Shown: positions 9,363 through 19,445 of the stretch, one piece after another
Layout of the letters: each line of letters opens with the position of its first letter
Numbering within the stretch: position 1 is the first letter of the stretch
Assembly: GCA_029945945.1 (NCBI GenBank)
Contig: JAQSDM010000001.1
Span: forward strand, 25,705-89,704
DNA length: 64,000 bases
From: Algoriphagus sp.
GTDB lineage: Bacteria; Bacteroidota; Bacteroidia; Cytophagales; Cyclobacteriaceae
Reading direction: 5' to 3'
Notes under the pieces: model-generated
Told to the model about the DNA's origin: nothing
What the model saw: only the letters and a program-made list of their open reading frames with translations
Databases searched by the model: none
Position numbers and translations under genes: made by a program

Positions 9363-9401
9363 TCTGTGTAACTCAGGGCCTCCTCGGTGTAACTCTGTGT
9401 C
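9363..9401 (+). repeat. CTCTGTG/CTCGGTG direct-repeat module D, copy 1
   Basis: tctgtgtaactcagggcctcctcggtgtaactctgtgtc; related copies at 14428-14447 and 16845-16875. Confidence 0.65.
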
Positions 9402-9423
9402 AATTTGAATAAGCTCTAAACGG

Positions 9424-9873
9424 CTAATTTTTCCTAACCATCTCGATATGTTCGATCCCGTCCTCGTCGTACGTATCTCCATCAGCGACAAAACCCAAAG
9501 AAGCATAAAAACCCAGCGCGTAGGTTTGCGCTCCGATCCGAATATCCCCTGCTCCATAAAGTTGCTGACAATAGTCAATGGATAATTCCATCAGGATTTT
9601 CCCAAACCCTTTTCTTCTTGCCGAAGGCGAAGTAATCACTCGCCCAATGGACATTTCGGGATAGGATAAACCTGCGGGAACTAGCCTGCTGTAGCCTACC
9701 AGTTGATCATATGAGTAGAGCATGAGATGGTAGCACTTTTGATCCTTATCGTCCTGATCCAGGAAGACACAGTTTTGCTCCACGACAAACACCTCACTCC
9801 TCAATTTCAACACCTCATACAACTCATATACAGTAAGTTGGTCGAAAGCCTTGATCGTATGTGTCAGATTCAT
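9424..9873 (-). CDS. GNAT family N-acetyltransferase (ElaA-like)
   Basis: LRSEVFVVEQNC, SIGRV, IGAQTY, FYASLGF, YDEDGIEHIEM. Confidence 0.92.
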   Translation of the reverse strand: MNLTHTIKAFDQLTVYELYEVLKLRSEVFVVEQNCVFLDQDDKDQKCYHLMLYSYDQLVGYSRLVPAGLSYPEMSIGRVITSPSARRKGFGKILMELSIDYCQQLYGAGDIRIGAQTYALGFYASLGFVADGDTYDEDGIEHIEMVRKN

Positions 9874-10019
9874 GGGAATTGTATTAGAAGCAGGGTGGAT
9901 GGATTGCGCGATTGAGATTCAAATATGCCTGAGATTCCCTGGTTGTCCAAGTAGCCGATCTGATTTTTACAAGACCGGAAGTCTTCTTACAGGTACAATT
10001 GTCGGGACAGGCCCAAAGC

Positions 10020-10050
10020 AAAAATGATCCGATGTGACGGATCATTTTTT
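10020..10050. terminator. Intrinsic terminator downstream of the desaturase gene
   Basis: AAAAATGATCCG-atgtga-CGGATCATTTTT. Confidence 0.7.
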
Positions 10051-10115
10051 ACACATTTTTGAAAAGTTGGACAGCTTCACCGTCTAAATTCTCCTGTTCT
10101 AACAAACAAAATCCC

Positions 10116-11195
10116 TTAGGCTTGACCTAACTGGCGAAGCATTTTCACATGATCAGAAAGTGCCTTCATAAATGTTGTTTTTACCAAATAGGGAACTTCA
10201 AATTCCTGAGCCGTCTCCGACACGATCCTTGATAAGTTTTTGTAATGAATATGACAGATGTTTGGAAATAAATGATGCTCTACCTGAAAATTCAACCCTC
10301 CGATAAGCCAGGAAAATACACTGCTTTTTGGTGAATAATTACTGGTGGTGGCCAACTGATGGGCTATCCATTCATTTGAAATCACGCCTTTATCATCAGG
10401 CAGTGGAAAGGTAGTGTCTGAAAGGATATGTGCCGTCTGGAAGACCAAACTGATGCAGATTCCTGTCACAAAATGCATGGACAAAAATGCCAATATGATA
10501 ATATAGGCAGGTAGTGGTACCATTATCAACGGCAACACCAAGGCATAGGAATAATAGAAGACTTTCCAGCTGGCAATTTTCAACAGTTCTATTCTAAAAT
10601 CGCTGCCACTTTTATACAATCCCATGTTGTTGTACCGATTGGCTCTCACAAAATCCTTGGAAGTGATCCAGGAAATAGTCGAAAGTCCATAAAAAAACCA
10701 GATGTAGAGGTATTGAAAACGATGGATCCAATAGCGCTTGGCATTTGGAGAAAAGCGCAGGAAAAAGGGTGCATTGATATCATCATCCCCATGATCAATA
10801 TTGGTATAGGTATGGTGAAGCACGTTGTGTTGGATTCTCCATACACCGGCATTGGCACCAATAAGATTCATGGTGTAACCCAAGTATTTGTTGACGACCG
10901 GATTTTTGGAATAGGATCCGTGTATCGCATCATGCATCACTCCCATTCCGACGCCTGCCATGCCCAAGCCACTGAGGATATACAGCATAAATAGCAGCCA
11001 AACACTTGTGACAATTCCCGAGCTGATTGTAATCAACGGAATTAAGAAAATGGAAAGCATAACAATGGTTTTAACTACCATCTTTCGGCCACCATGCCTG
11101 CTTTGATTGGTCTTTTTAAAGTAATCATTGACCCTGGAATGCAGGGTATTGGAAAATTCAGAAGCACCTGACTTATCGAATTTTATACTTTTCAT
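10116..11195 (-). CDS. Fatty acid / acyl-CoA desaturase (front-end-type His boxes)
   Basis: HDAIH, HNVLHH, GGLNFQVEHHLFP; several TM segments. Confidence 0.93.
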   Translation of the reverse strand: MKSIKFDKSGASEFSNTLHSRVNDYFKKTNQSRHGGRKMVVKTIVMLSIFLIPLITISSGIVTSVWLLFMLYILSGLGMAGVGMGVMHDAIHGSYSKNPVVNKYLGYTMNLIGANAGVWRIQHNVLHHTYTNIDHGDDDINAPFFLRFSPNAKRYWIHRFQYLYIWFFYGLSTISWITSKDFVRANRYNNMGLYKSGSDFRIELLKIASWKVFYYSYALVLPLIMVPLPAYIIILAFLSMHFVTGICISLVFQTAHILSDTTFPLPDDKGVISNEWIAHQLATTSNYSPKSSVFSWLIGGLNFQVEHHLFPNICHIHYKNLSRIVSETAQEFEVPYLVKTTFMKALSDHVKMLRQLGQA

Positions 11196-11269
11196 TTATG
11201 CATTGGTTAAAGCTCATGGAGTGCTATCCTCTTAAAGTATAGCGGGTTTCAAAGCAGTTTTCTATTCTT

Positions 11270-11455
11270 TCAATACGTTTGCAATTCGGCAAAAATCAAA
11301 TCCAATTCTGGTCGGGTCTTTTCCAGTTTGATAGAAAGGTTCTCCATCATCTTTTCTCTTTGACCTTCCTGGTATTCAAAATCCAAATCCAGTAAAATTG
11401 AGAATCGTCGTTTAAGCATCACTTTCTGCTCTCTCCAACTCCGTAGAATATCCAT
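11270..11455 (-). CDS. CsbD-like general stress protein (61 aa)
   Basis: W-x-E-Q-K-x-x-L-K-x-x-F pattern, DFEYQEGQRE, KLEKTRPEL; co-oriented with the desaturase. Confidence 0.7.
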   Translation of the reverse strand: MDILRSWREQKVMLKRRFSILLDLDFEYQEGQREKMMENLSIKLEKTRPELDLIFAELQTY

Positions 11456-11884
11456 GGTTTGTTTGTTAAGGGTGAATAGCTGTATTAGCCTTTTTGTTGG
11501 GTGAATCAGTTTTTACTCGGGTAATCAATCTTCTCTCTTTTGAATATCCCCGGCTCTGGCTTTTCCGGATAATCAGCAAACTTTTACCGGCAGATTTCAG
11601 GGTACTGTTTCCTGACTATCAACTGAAATTGGGGTCAACCTCAGACGAAATTGGTTCTTAAGCCATGAATCTGGAATATTCCGGGGTTCACAGGTTTTTT
11701 ACTTAACCGCTTACATCCAACTATTTTTGGGCATAAGGATGATTGCGATTGGATACTGTACAATGCCGAAAGATGATTGGGATGGATTGAAGCAATTCAG
11801 GTCCTGAAACGGATTCTGCAAATTGGTGATAAACGGACTTCTGATTCTCCTTTCTAAAGTTGGGTATAATTCAGCACATATGTG

Positions 11885-11911
11885 TTACATCATTCCATTG
11901 GATACTTACAT
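11885..11911 (-). promoter_or_regulatory. Candidate AraC-type operator: TTACAT direct repeat with 21-bp period
   Basis: TTACAT at 11885-11890 and 11906-11911, between the AraC gene and the csbD/desaturase unit. Confidence 0.5.
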
Positions 11912-11980
11912 AAATCCTATTTTAAGGTTTGAATTGGGGTATTTAACAACTAATAACATTTAGATTTTGGGTAATAGGTG

Positions 11981-12541
11981 CTATAAACTTTCCAAGGTTA
12001 GCTTTCTCTTATCCATCAGTTTTTTATAAAAAGAGGGTGTCAAACCGGTGATTTTTTTGAACTGATTGGACAGATGCGCCACACTGCTGTAGTGGAGCTT
12101 GCTGGAAATCTCTGTCAGGTTTAATTCATCATGACTCATTAGTTCTTTGACGCGTTCTATCTTATGATTAATGATAAACTGTTGGATGGTAATTCCTTTA
12201 ACCTCAGAAAAAATATTGGCGAGGTAGGCATAAACATAGCCCAATTTTCCACAGATAAATTCAGAGTAATTTACTGTTGGAAGCTCATCAGAATAATGGA
12301 CCATTTCGATAATGATATTTTTGATCTTCTCTATCAGGATACTTTTCTTATCCTCCATAAGTTCTAAACCGGAATTTTGGAGGTTTGTTTTGAGAACCAT
12401 CCTTTGCTCCAAACTTAAATCTCCCACTAGTTCAACCATCCCCAAATCCACGATCATCCATTGAATTCCGAGTTTTTGAAGTTCATCCTCGACCCTCATC
12501 TTACATCGCAAGCTTATCCTGTTTTTTATATAGAGCTTCAT
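11981..12541 (-). CDS. AraC family transcriptional regulator (Bacteroidota type with short N-terminal domain)
   Basis: C-terminal double HTH (IERVKELM...LTEISSKLHYSSVAHLSNQFKKITGLTPS); start taken at MKLYIKN (12541). Confidence 0.9.
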   Translation of the reverse strand: MKLYIKNRISLRCKMRVEDELQKLGIQWMIVDLGMVELVGDLSLEQRMVLKTNLQNSGLELMEDKKSILIEKIKNIIIEMVHYSDELPTVNYSEFICGKLGYVYAYLANIFSEVKGITIQQFIINHKIERVKELMSHDELNLTEISSKLHYSSVAHLSNQFKKITGLTPSFYKKLMDKRKLTLESL

Positions 12542-12934
12542 TGGGATGAATTTATTTAGCTTGAAAGCAAAAGAGTCTCGTGATTTGAAAACAGTTTTAC
12601 AAAAAAATAAATTCATACTATTTTGGTTTTCAGATTATTCCAATGACCGAATCAGTACTTTGAAGAAGTAATACAAATCTTGGATCCTGGTCCAGGCACT
12701 TGCCTCATCCAATTCTGTTCATTTGGTATTCCCGTTTTCAAGTGTGAAAATCCGGGTTTTGAAATCACTCTGTTTCTTCCGGATTCTCACGCTTCAATTC
12801 TCTCCTCCCGTAAGATTTGATCTTCTGAAAAGAGATGCGTTACTTCAGCTTTCAGGCTGTCCCGGAACTGGTCCTCTTCTCCTGGAAGAATCTGATATCT
12901 CCGAATTATCCCGATCAACTCAAGACCAGATCCC

Positions 12935-13813
12935 ATGAAACTTAACCTCCTTTTGATTGCGCTCTTTTTTGCAGTTTCGGAAGCTTTTGCAGAAATCAGA
13001 AAAGAACCTGATCAAAATCCTTTTACCCCAATTCCTGCCAACCCGGACTCTATGACTGCTAAAAAAAATGTATGGGTTTTTATTCTTGCCGGCCAATCCA
13101 ACATGGCCGGAAGAGGAATTGTAGAAGCAGAAGATACGATTCCAAATGAGCGTGTCTTGACTATCAACCAGGAAGGGGAAATAATTCCTGCCCGGGAGCC
13201 GCTGCACTGGTATGAACCTCTGCTTACAGGTTTGGACTGTGGGTTGTCGTTTGGAAAAACCCTGGCCCCTCACCTTCCTGACTCTGTTACCATTTTAATC
13301 CTTCCAACAGCAGTAGGCGGAAGCTCGATCTCTCAGTGGATCGGGGATTCAACGTACCGAAATATCACCTTGCTTTCAAATTTTAAAGAGAAAGTAGCCT
13401 TGGGAAAAGCAAATGGGACGATCAAGGGGATCCTTTGGCATCAGGGAGAAAGTGATACCGGTTCTGAGGAGTTGATTGAATTGTATCAGGAAAGGCTCAA
13501 AACCTTGTTTCTAAAATTCAGAACAGAAATCGGAAATGATTCGCTGCCTGTTTTGATCGGAGAACTCGGTTCCTTCTCTGCCAATGATACAAATTGGCAA
13601 GCCATCAACAGACAAATCAGGGCTTATGTGGCCACCGATCCCCACGCTGCCATCATTCAAACCAGTGACTTCACCCACAAAGGAGATTTTATACATTTCA
13701 ATTCAGAAGGACAGCGGACCATGGGCGAACGGTTTGCGCTTAAGTTTCTTGAAATAAGTCATTCCGAGGGTTCAAAGGGATTGGAGATTAGGGATTGGGA
13801 GAATAGAGATTAG
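12935..13813 (+). CDS. Sialate O-acetylesterase / SASA (CE6-like) SGNH esterase
   Basis: Signal peptide; LAGQSNMAG, GILWHQGESD, DFIHFN catalytic motifs. Confidence 0.92.
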   Translation: MKLNLLLIALFFAVSEAFAEIRKEPDQNPFTPIPANPDSMTAKKNVWVFILAGQSNMAGRGIVEAEDTIPNERVLTINQEGEIIPAREPLHWYEPLLTGLDCGLSFGKTLAPHLPDSVTILILPTAVGGSSISQWIGDSTYRNITLLSNFKEKVALGKANGTIKGILWHQGESDTGSEELIELYQERLKTLFLKFRTEIGNDSLPVLIGELGSFSANDTNWQAINRQIRAYVATDPHAAIIQTSDFTHKGDFIHFNSEGQRTMGERFALKFLEISHSEGSKGLEIRDWENRD

Positions 13814-13848
13814 GGATTAAGAGATTAGGGATTAGGAGATAGGAGAAT
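13777..13848 (+). repeat. Heptamer tandem array (GGGATTA/GAGATTA), copy 2, overlapping the esterase 3' end
   Basis: About 10 degenerate units: GGGATTG GAGATTA GGGATTG GGAGAATA GAGATTA GGGATTA AGAGATTA GGGATTA GGAGATA GGAGAAT. Confidence 0.85.
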
Positions 13849-13859
13849 CTATTTCAGTA

Positions 13860-14007
13860 TTTGAAAATAAAATCCCTCCATCCACACCCCCTGTTTTTGG
13901 CGACAGATTATGGATCGATTTACATGGTGACGGCCGAAAACCGGAATCATAATCCGCATTTTCATCCAGGGTTTGTCCCGATAGCTAACAGGACAACCCC
14001 TGGCTAC
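13860..14007 (+). repeat. Module A copy 3 plus GTAG-type REP hairpin
   Basis: GTTTTTGGC(13893-13901)/GCCGAAAAC(13933-13941); then CCAGGGTTTGTCC-cgatagctaaca-GGACAACCCCTGG-CTAC (13966-14007). Confidence 0.85.
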
Positions 14008-14026
14008 CCAAAGGATGTTCTTAGCA

Positions 14027-14178
14027 GGACATTTACCGGCGGAATCATTCAGCTACCATAATTATTCTTGTGGAATGGCGGGCGGGCTGCCGCAGCAGCG
14101 AGGGTGGGCGGGGATTGTGCAGGGGAAGCTTTGCTGCGGCTTGAATTTTTGGTTCTTTTGGTTCAAGCCAAAAGAACA
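14027..14178 (+). repeat. Module B with 3' pseudoknot, copy 2
   Basis: GCCGCAGCA/TGCTGCGGC stem; CTTGAA(14140-14145) complementary to the hairpin loop TTCAAG(14162-14167). Confidence 0.85.
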
Positions 14179-14245
14179 TAAAAAAGAAAAATCGATCTAT
14201 TAAGATCGTTCTGGAAATTCGACAGGAAGTAGAACCAATTCAATT

Positions 14246-14390
14246 TTTGAAGATAAAATCCCTCCATCCACACCCCCTGTTTTTGGCGAAAGATTATGGA
14301 TCGATTGACATGGTGACTGCCAATAACCGGAATCATAATCCGCATTTTCATCCAGGGGTTGTCCCGATTGCTAACGGGACCCCTGGCTAT
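14246..14390 (+). repeat. Module A copy 4 plus REP hairpin (near-duplicate of 13860-14007)
   Basis: Direct repeat 386 bp downstream of copy 3 with few mismatches; REP CCAGGGGTTGTCCCG-attgctaa-CGGGAC-CCCTGG-CTAT. Confidence 0.85.
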
Positions 14391-14427
14391 TACAAAGCTC
14401 TTCTACTGAGCTTTACCTTACTTTATC

Positions 14428-14470
14428 TCTAAGTGAAACTCTGTGCCATCCTGCCCGGAGCAGGCAGGTC
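14428..14470 (+). repeat. Partial module D plus short palindrome
   Basis: tctaagtgaaactctgtgcc then CCTGCC-cggagca-GGCAGG. Confidence 0.5.
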
Positions 14471-14521
14471 TATTTAAACTTTGTTTCATTTTTTTTAACC
14501 AATCCCCCATCCCTTTTTCTT

Positions 14522-16507
14522 CTATTTAGTCCACTCATTATCTGCTACATTTTTGTCCGGGAATCGACCGTGAGGATCAAGGGTTATCTTCTTGATTTTA
14601 CGGGAACCAAAGTTCAGCACCGCATCAAAAGTCCGATTCCCCTCAAACCAAACTGTAACAGGCCATGTAACTTCTACGGTCAAAGGATCTATCATTTTAG
14701 CATTTGACATTGGATTAATGGCCGGTCCTTCCGCTTCAAATTCCACTTTCAATACGACCGGAGAAGGCATTTCTCCAGCCTGCTTTACAGTGACAGTTGT
14801 ATGATCGTTTTCGGTTTTAACATCTTGAATAGAACCTTCGACAGATTCAGTAGTGAACAACCAATAATTCCAGAACCACTCCAGATTTTGTCCCAACTCA
14901 TTGTTCATAAAGAACATGTAATCCCATGGCGAAGGATGTTTGTAGGCCCAAGTGGTGGTGTACTTTTTCATCGCGTTGATCACCGCTTCATCCCCTACTA
15001 TTCCACCCAACATGGAGAGCATCAAGGGTGTCTTCTGGTAGGTTTGAAATCCATAGCCGCTCCCAGCATCGTTGGCACTCCACATCAAAGGTGCCTCATC
15101 TTCACTTCCGCTGATCCGACCGTAACTTTGTCCCAGTCCATCCAGGTTGTAAGGCTTGCCTGCAGCATCTGCATCAGACAGGATATTCATGTATTGATTG
15201 AATCCTTCATCCATCCAGCCGTATCGGGTTTCATTTGTTCCCAACACCATTGGCCACCATTGATGCGCTGTTTCATGATCGGCAGCTCCCTGATTGGAAT
15301 TGATGACCATTGGATACTCCATTCCGGCACTTGGACCGTCTTGCAGGGTAAGTTGGGGAAATGGATAAGGTGCCCAAAGTTTGGAATAATACTCCAAAGC
15401 ATGTCTTGTGATCTTGCCTGCGTTTTCAAAATACCTGGCTCGCTCAGGAAGGAAGACCATGTGAATGGGAACAGGTCCTTTGCCAGGAATAGTGGCACGA
15501 GTCGCTTTCCAGATAAAAGAGTCCGAGGTGGCCCAGGCAAAATCGTTTACTTTATCAGCTAAAAAGCGCCAGGTTAGCTTCTCTCCTGCTTCTGTTGCTT
15601 TGCCTGCCCCTAGTTCATCAGCTCCGACGATCGTCACTTCGGCATCAGAGTCTAAAACAGTGGAGAGGCGCTGAATAGCTGTTGGGGTTAAGACTTCCTT
15701 GGGATTTTGTAACGCGCCCGTTCCGCTTACGATCCAACCGGCTGGAACCGTGATCGAAACATCAAAACGACCGAAGTTATTGTAGAATTCGGATGGGCCG
15801 AGATAAGGACTGGTCTCCCAGCCTCTTAAGTCATCATACTTAGCCAATCGTGGGTACCATTGTGTAGGCTGGAATAGTCTGCTGTCAAAACGTTGGGTCA
15901 TTCGATGTCCTCTTCCGTTTTCGCCTCCCGGCAATTTGGTATTCCAGGATATTTCCAATTCCGCAGTTGTTCCTGCTTTGATGGGTTGAGCTAAAAAAAT
16001 GGTGGCAACTGTTCTGTTCAACCCAGTAGCACGAAGTGCTGCCGGAGCATTCCTTCCCATGAGAGGCGCGTTGAGATCAACTGTTTCACCAGCAACTTTG
16101 ATCCCTGTGACGATCATCCCATCGGTCTGCTCGGCAGGAGTAGATGCCCCTCGTGGGACATCCGCCCGGAAAATATTGTGATCCAGACGAAGGATGATTC
16201 GATCCAAATCATCCTTGGAATTGTTGTGAACAAGTATTTTTTCAGTTCCAGTGATAGTTTGAGTGGTTGGATCCAGGCTGGCATTGATGGTGTAATCGGT
16301 TTCCAATTGCCAGTAATTGGGTCCCGGCTTGCCTGAGAAATCACGGGTTCCCGCTTCATAAGCCCTACGGATGGAATTTGTCAATGGGATATCCTGCCGG
16401 ATTGCGCGCTCGTTCGTTTCGATAGATGAGCGTTGAGGTTTGGGAAAGTTATCCTGGCCAAAAGCGATCGAGGTGGTCAAGAGGAATAAAAAGAGTACAA
16501 TTCGCAT
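14522..16507 (-). CDS. M1 family metallo-aminopeptidase (secreted)
   Basis: Signal peptide; SAGMEYP, HETAHQWW (HExxH), WMDEGFN. Confidence 0.93.
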   Translation of the reverse strand: MRIVLFLFLLTTSIAFGQDNFPKPQRSSIETNERAIRQDIPLTNSIRRAYEAGTRDFSGKPGPNYWQLETDYTINASLDPTTQTITGTEKILVHNNSKDDLDRIILRLDHNIFRADVPRGASTPAEQTDGMIVTGIKVAGETVDLNAPLMGRNAPAALRATGLNRTVATIFLAQPIKAGTTAELEISWNTKLPGGENGRGHRMTQRFDSRLFQPTQWYPRLAKYDDLRGWETSPYLGPSEFYNNFGRFDVSITVPAGWIVSGTGALQNPKEVLTPTAIQRLSTVLDSDAEVTIVGADELGAGKATEAGEKLTWRFLADKVNDFAWATSDSFIWKATRATIPGKGPVPIHMVFLPERARYFENAGKITRHALEYYSKLWAPYPFPQLTLQDGPSAGMEYPMVINSNQGAADHETAHQWWPMVLGTNETRYGWMDEGFNQYMNILSDADAAGKPYNLDGLGQSYGRISGSEDEAPLMWSANDAGSGYGFQTYQKTPLMLSMLGGIVGDEAVINAMKKYTTTWAYKHPSPWDYMFFMNNELGQNLEWFWNYWLFTTESVEGSIQDVKTENDHTTVTVKQAGEMPSPVVLKVEFEAEGPAINPMSNAKMIDPLTVEVTWPVTVWFEGNRTFDAVLNFGSRKIKKITLDPHGRFPDKNVADNEWTK

Positions 16508-16640
16508 AAGCTTCGATGGTTTTATAATCAGTTTTAAAACTTAGTAAAATATCCGATCATTAACATCAAGAATGGAGATGAATGGGAATTGTTTTTAATG
16601 GGCCGAGAAATCAGACGCAGGGGAAGATTTGCTATTTCTT

Positions 16641-16875
16641 GAATCATTGTAGTGGAACGGCGGGGGGCTGCAGCGAAAGCGCGAGGGCCTGGTGAGGTCG
16701 GAGCTTGGTTGCGGGTTGGACATGCCCGCAACCCGGCTCTTCACTAAAACAACCCACCAGGTTGTTTCTTGATGCTCAGCCCTCCTTTTGGTTCAAGCAA
16801 AAAGAAAAAAAGTCCCTTTTCCCAAAGGTATTTACCACAAATAATCTCGGTGCCTTCTCGGTGCAACTCCGTGTC
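16641..16875 (+). repeat. Divergent module B copy 3 with inserted hairpin, followed by module D
   Basis: gaatcattgtagtggaacggcggggggctgc matches the B 5' half; insert GGTTGCGGG-ttggacatg-CCCGCAACC; tail cttttggttcaagcaaaaagaa; tctcggtgccttctcggtgcaactccgtgtc at 16845-16875. Confidence 0.65.
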
Positions 16876-16905
16876 ATTTTTTTTAACTCACCTTCAAAAC
16901 CCATT

Positions 16906-16935
16906 AAAAAAGGTGGTCCGTTGCCAGACCACCTT
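16906..16935 (-). terminator. katG intrinsic terminator
   Basis: AAGGTGGTC...GACCACCTT with an A-run giving the U-tract on the minus strand. Confidence 0.7.
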
Positions 16936-16963
16936 AATACTTTTCTTAGATTTTACTTTGAAA

Positions 16964-19222
<2,259 letters not shown>

Positions 19223-19260
19223 TTATATTTTGGACTTAGTACTGCGAATTTACCAAAAGG

Positions 19261-19299
19261 ATTGTATATATGAATACAATTATCATTGATAAAAACTAT
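19261..19299 (-). promoter_or_regulatory. Candidate OxyR (LysR-type) site upstream of katG
   Basis: Minus strand reads ATAG-tttttat-CAAT (19299-19285), then ATTC-atatata-CAAT (19275-19261), resembling ATAG-N7-CTAT repeats. Confidence 0.5.
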
Positions 19300-19445
19300 G
19301 AGTCTTCCTGAAATTCGATTTGCCCAAACTACCGAATCGAGTGGATTTTAGAAAGAAAATTGGAGTCTTAAATAGCTGATATTTGGCATGAAAATTCAAG
19401 TTAAAACCTTCTTCAGGCTTTCAACCGATTAAAAAAACTTCAATC

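Noticed and set aside
9166..9408. Paralogous small ORFs 9166-9408 and 14015-14203 (…LCCGLNFWFFWFKPKE) as a Cys/Trp-rich peptide or RiPP family
   Set aside because: They are translations of repeat module B. Between copies about 14 codons change non-synonymously and 4 synonymously, starts and stops differ, and the conserved part matches the base-paired tail.
13861..14432. Twin ORFs MKIKSLHPHPLFLA… (13861-14061 and 14247-14432)
   Set aside because: They are TTG-started readings of duplicated module A+REP, changes are mostly non-synonymous, and the 4.1 kb and 9 kb copies do not keep an equivalent ORF.
3962..16875. Repeats as a CRISPR array or integron attC cassette array
   Set aside because: There are no regularly spaced identical repeats with unique spacers, no cas or intI gene, and no RYYYAAC/GTTRRRY box pairs bounding genes.
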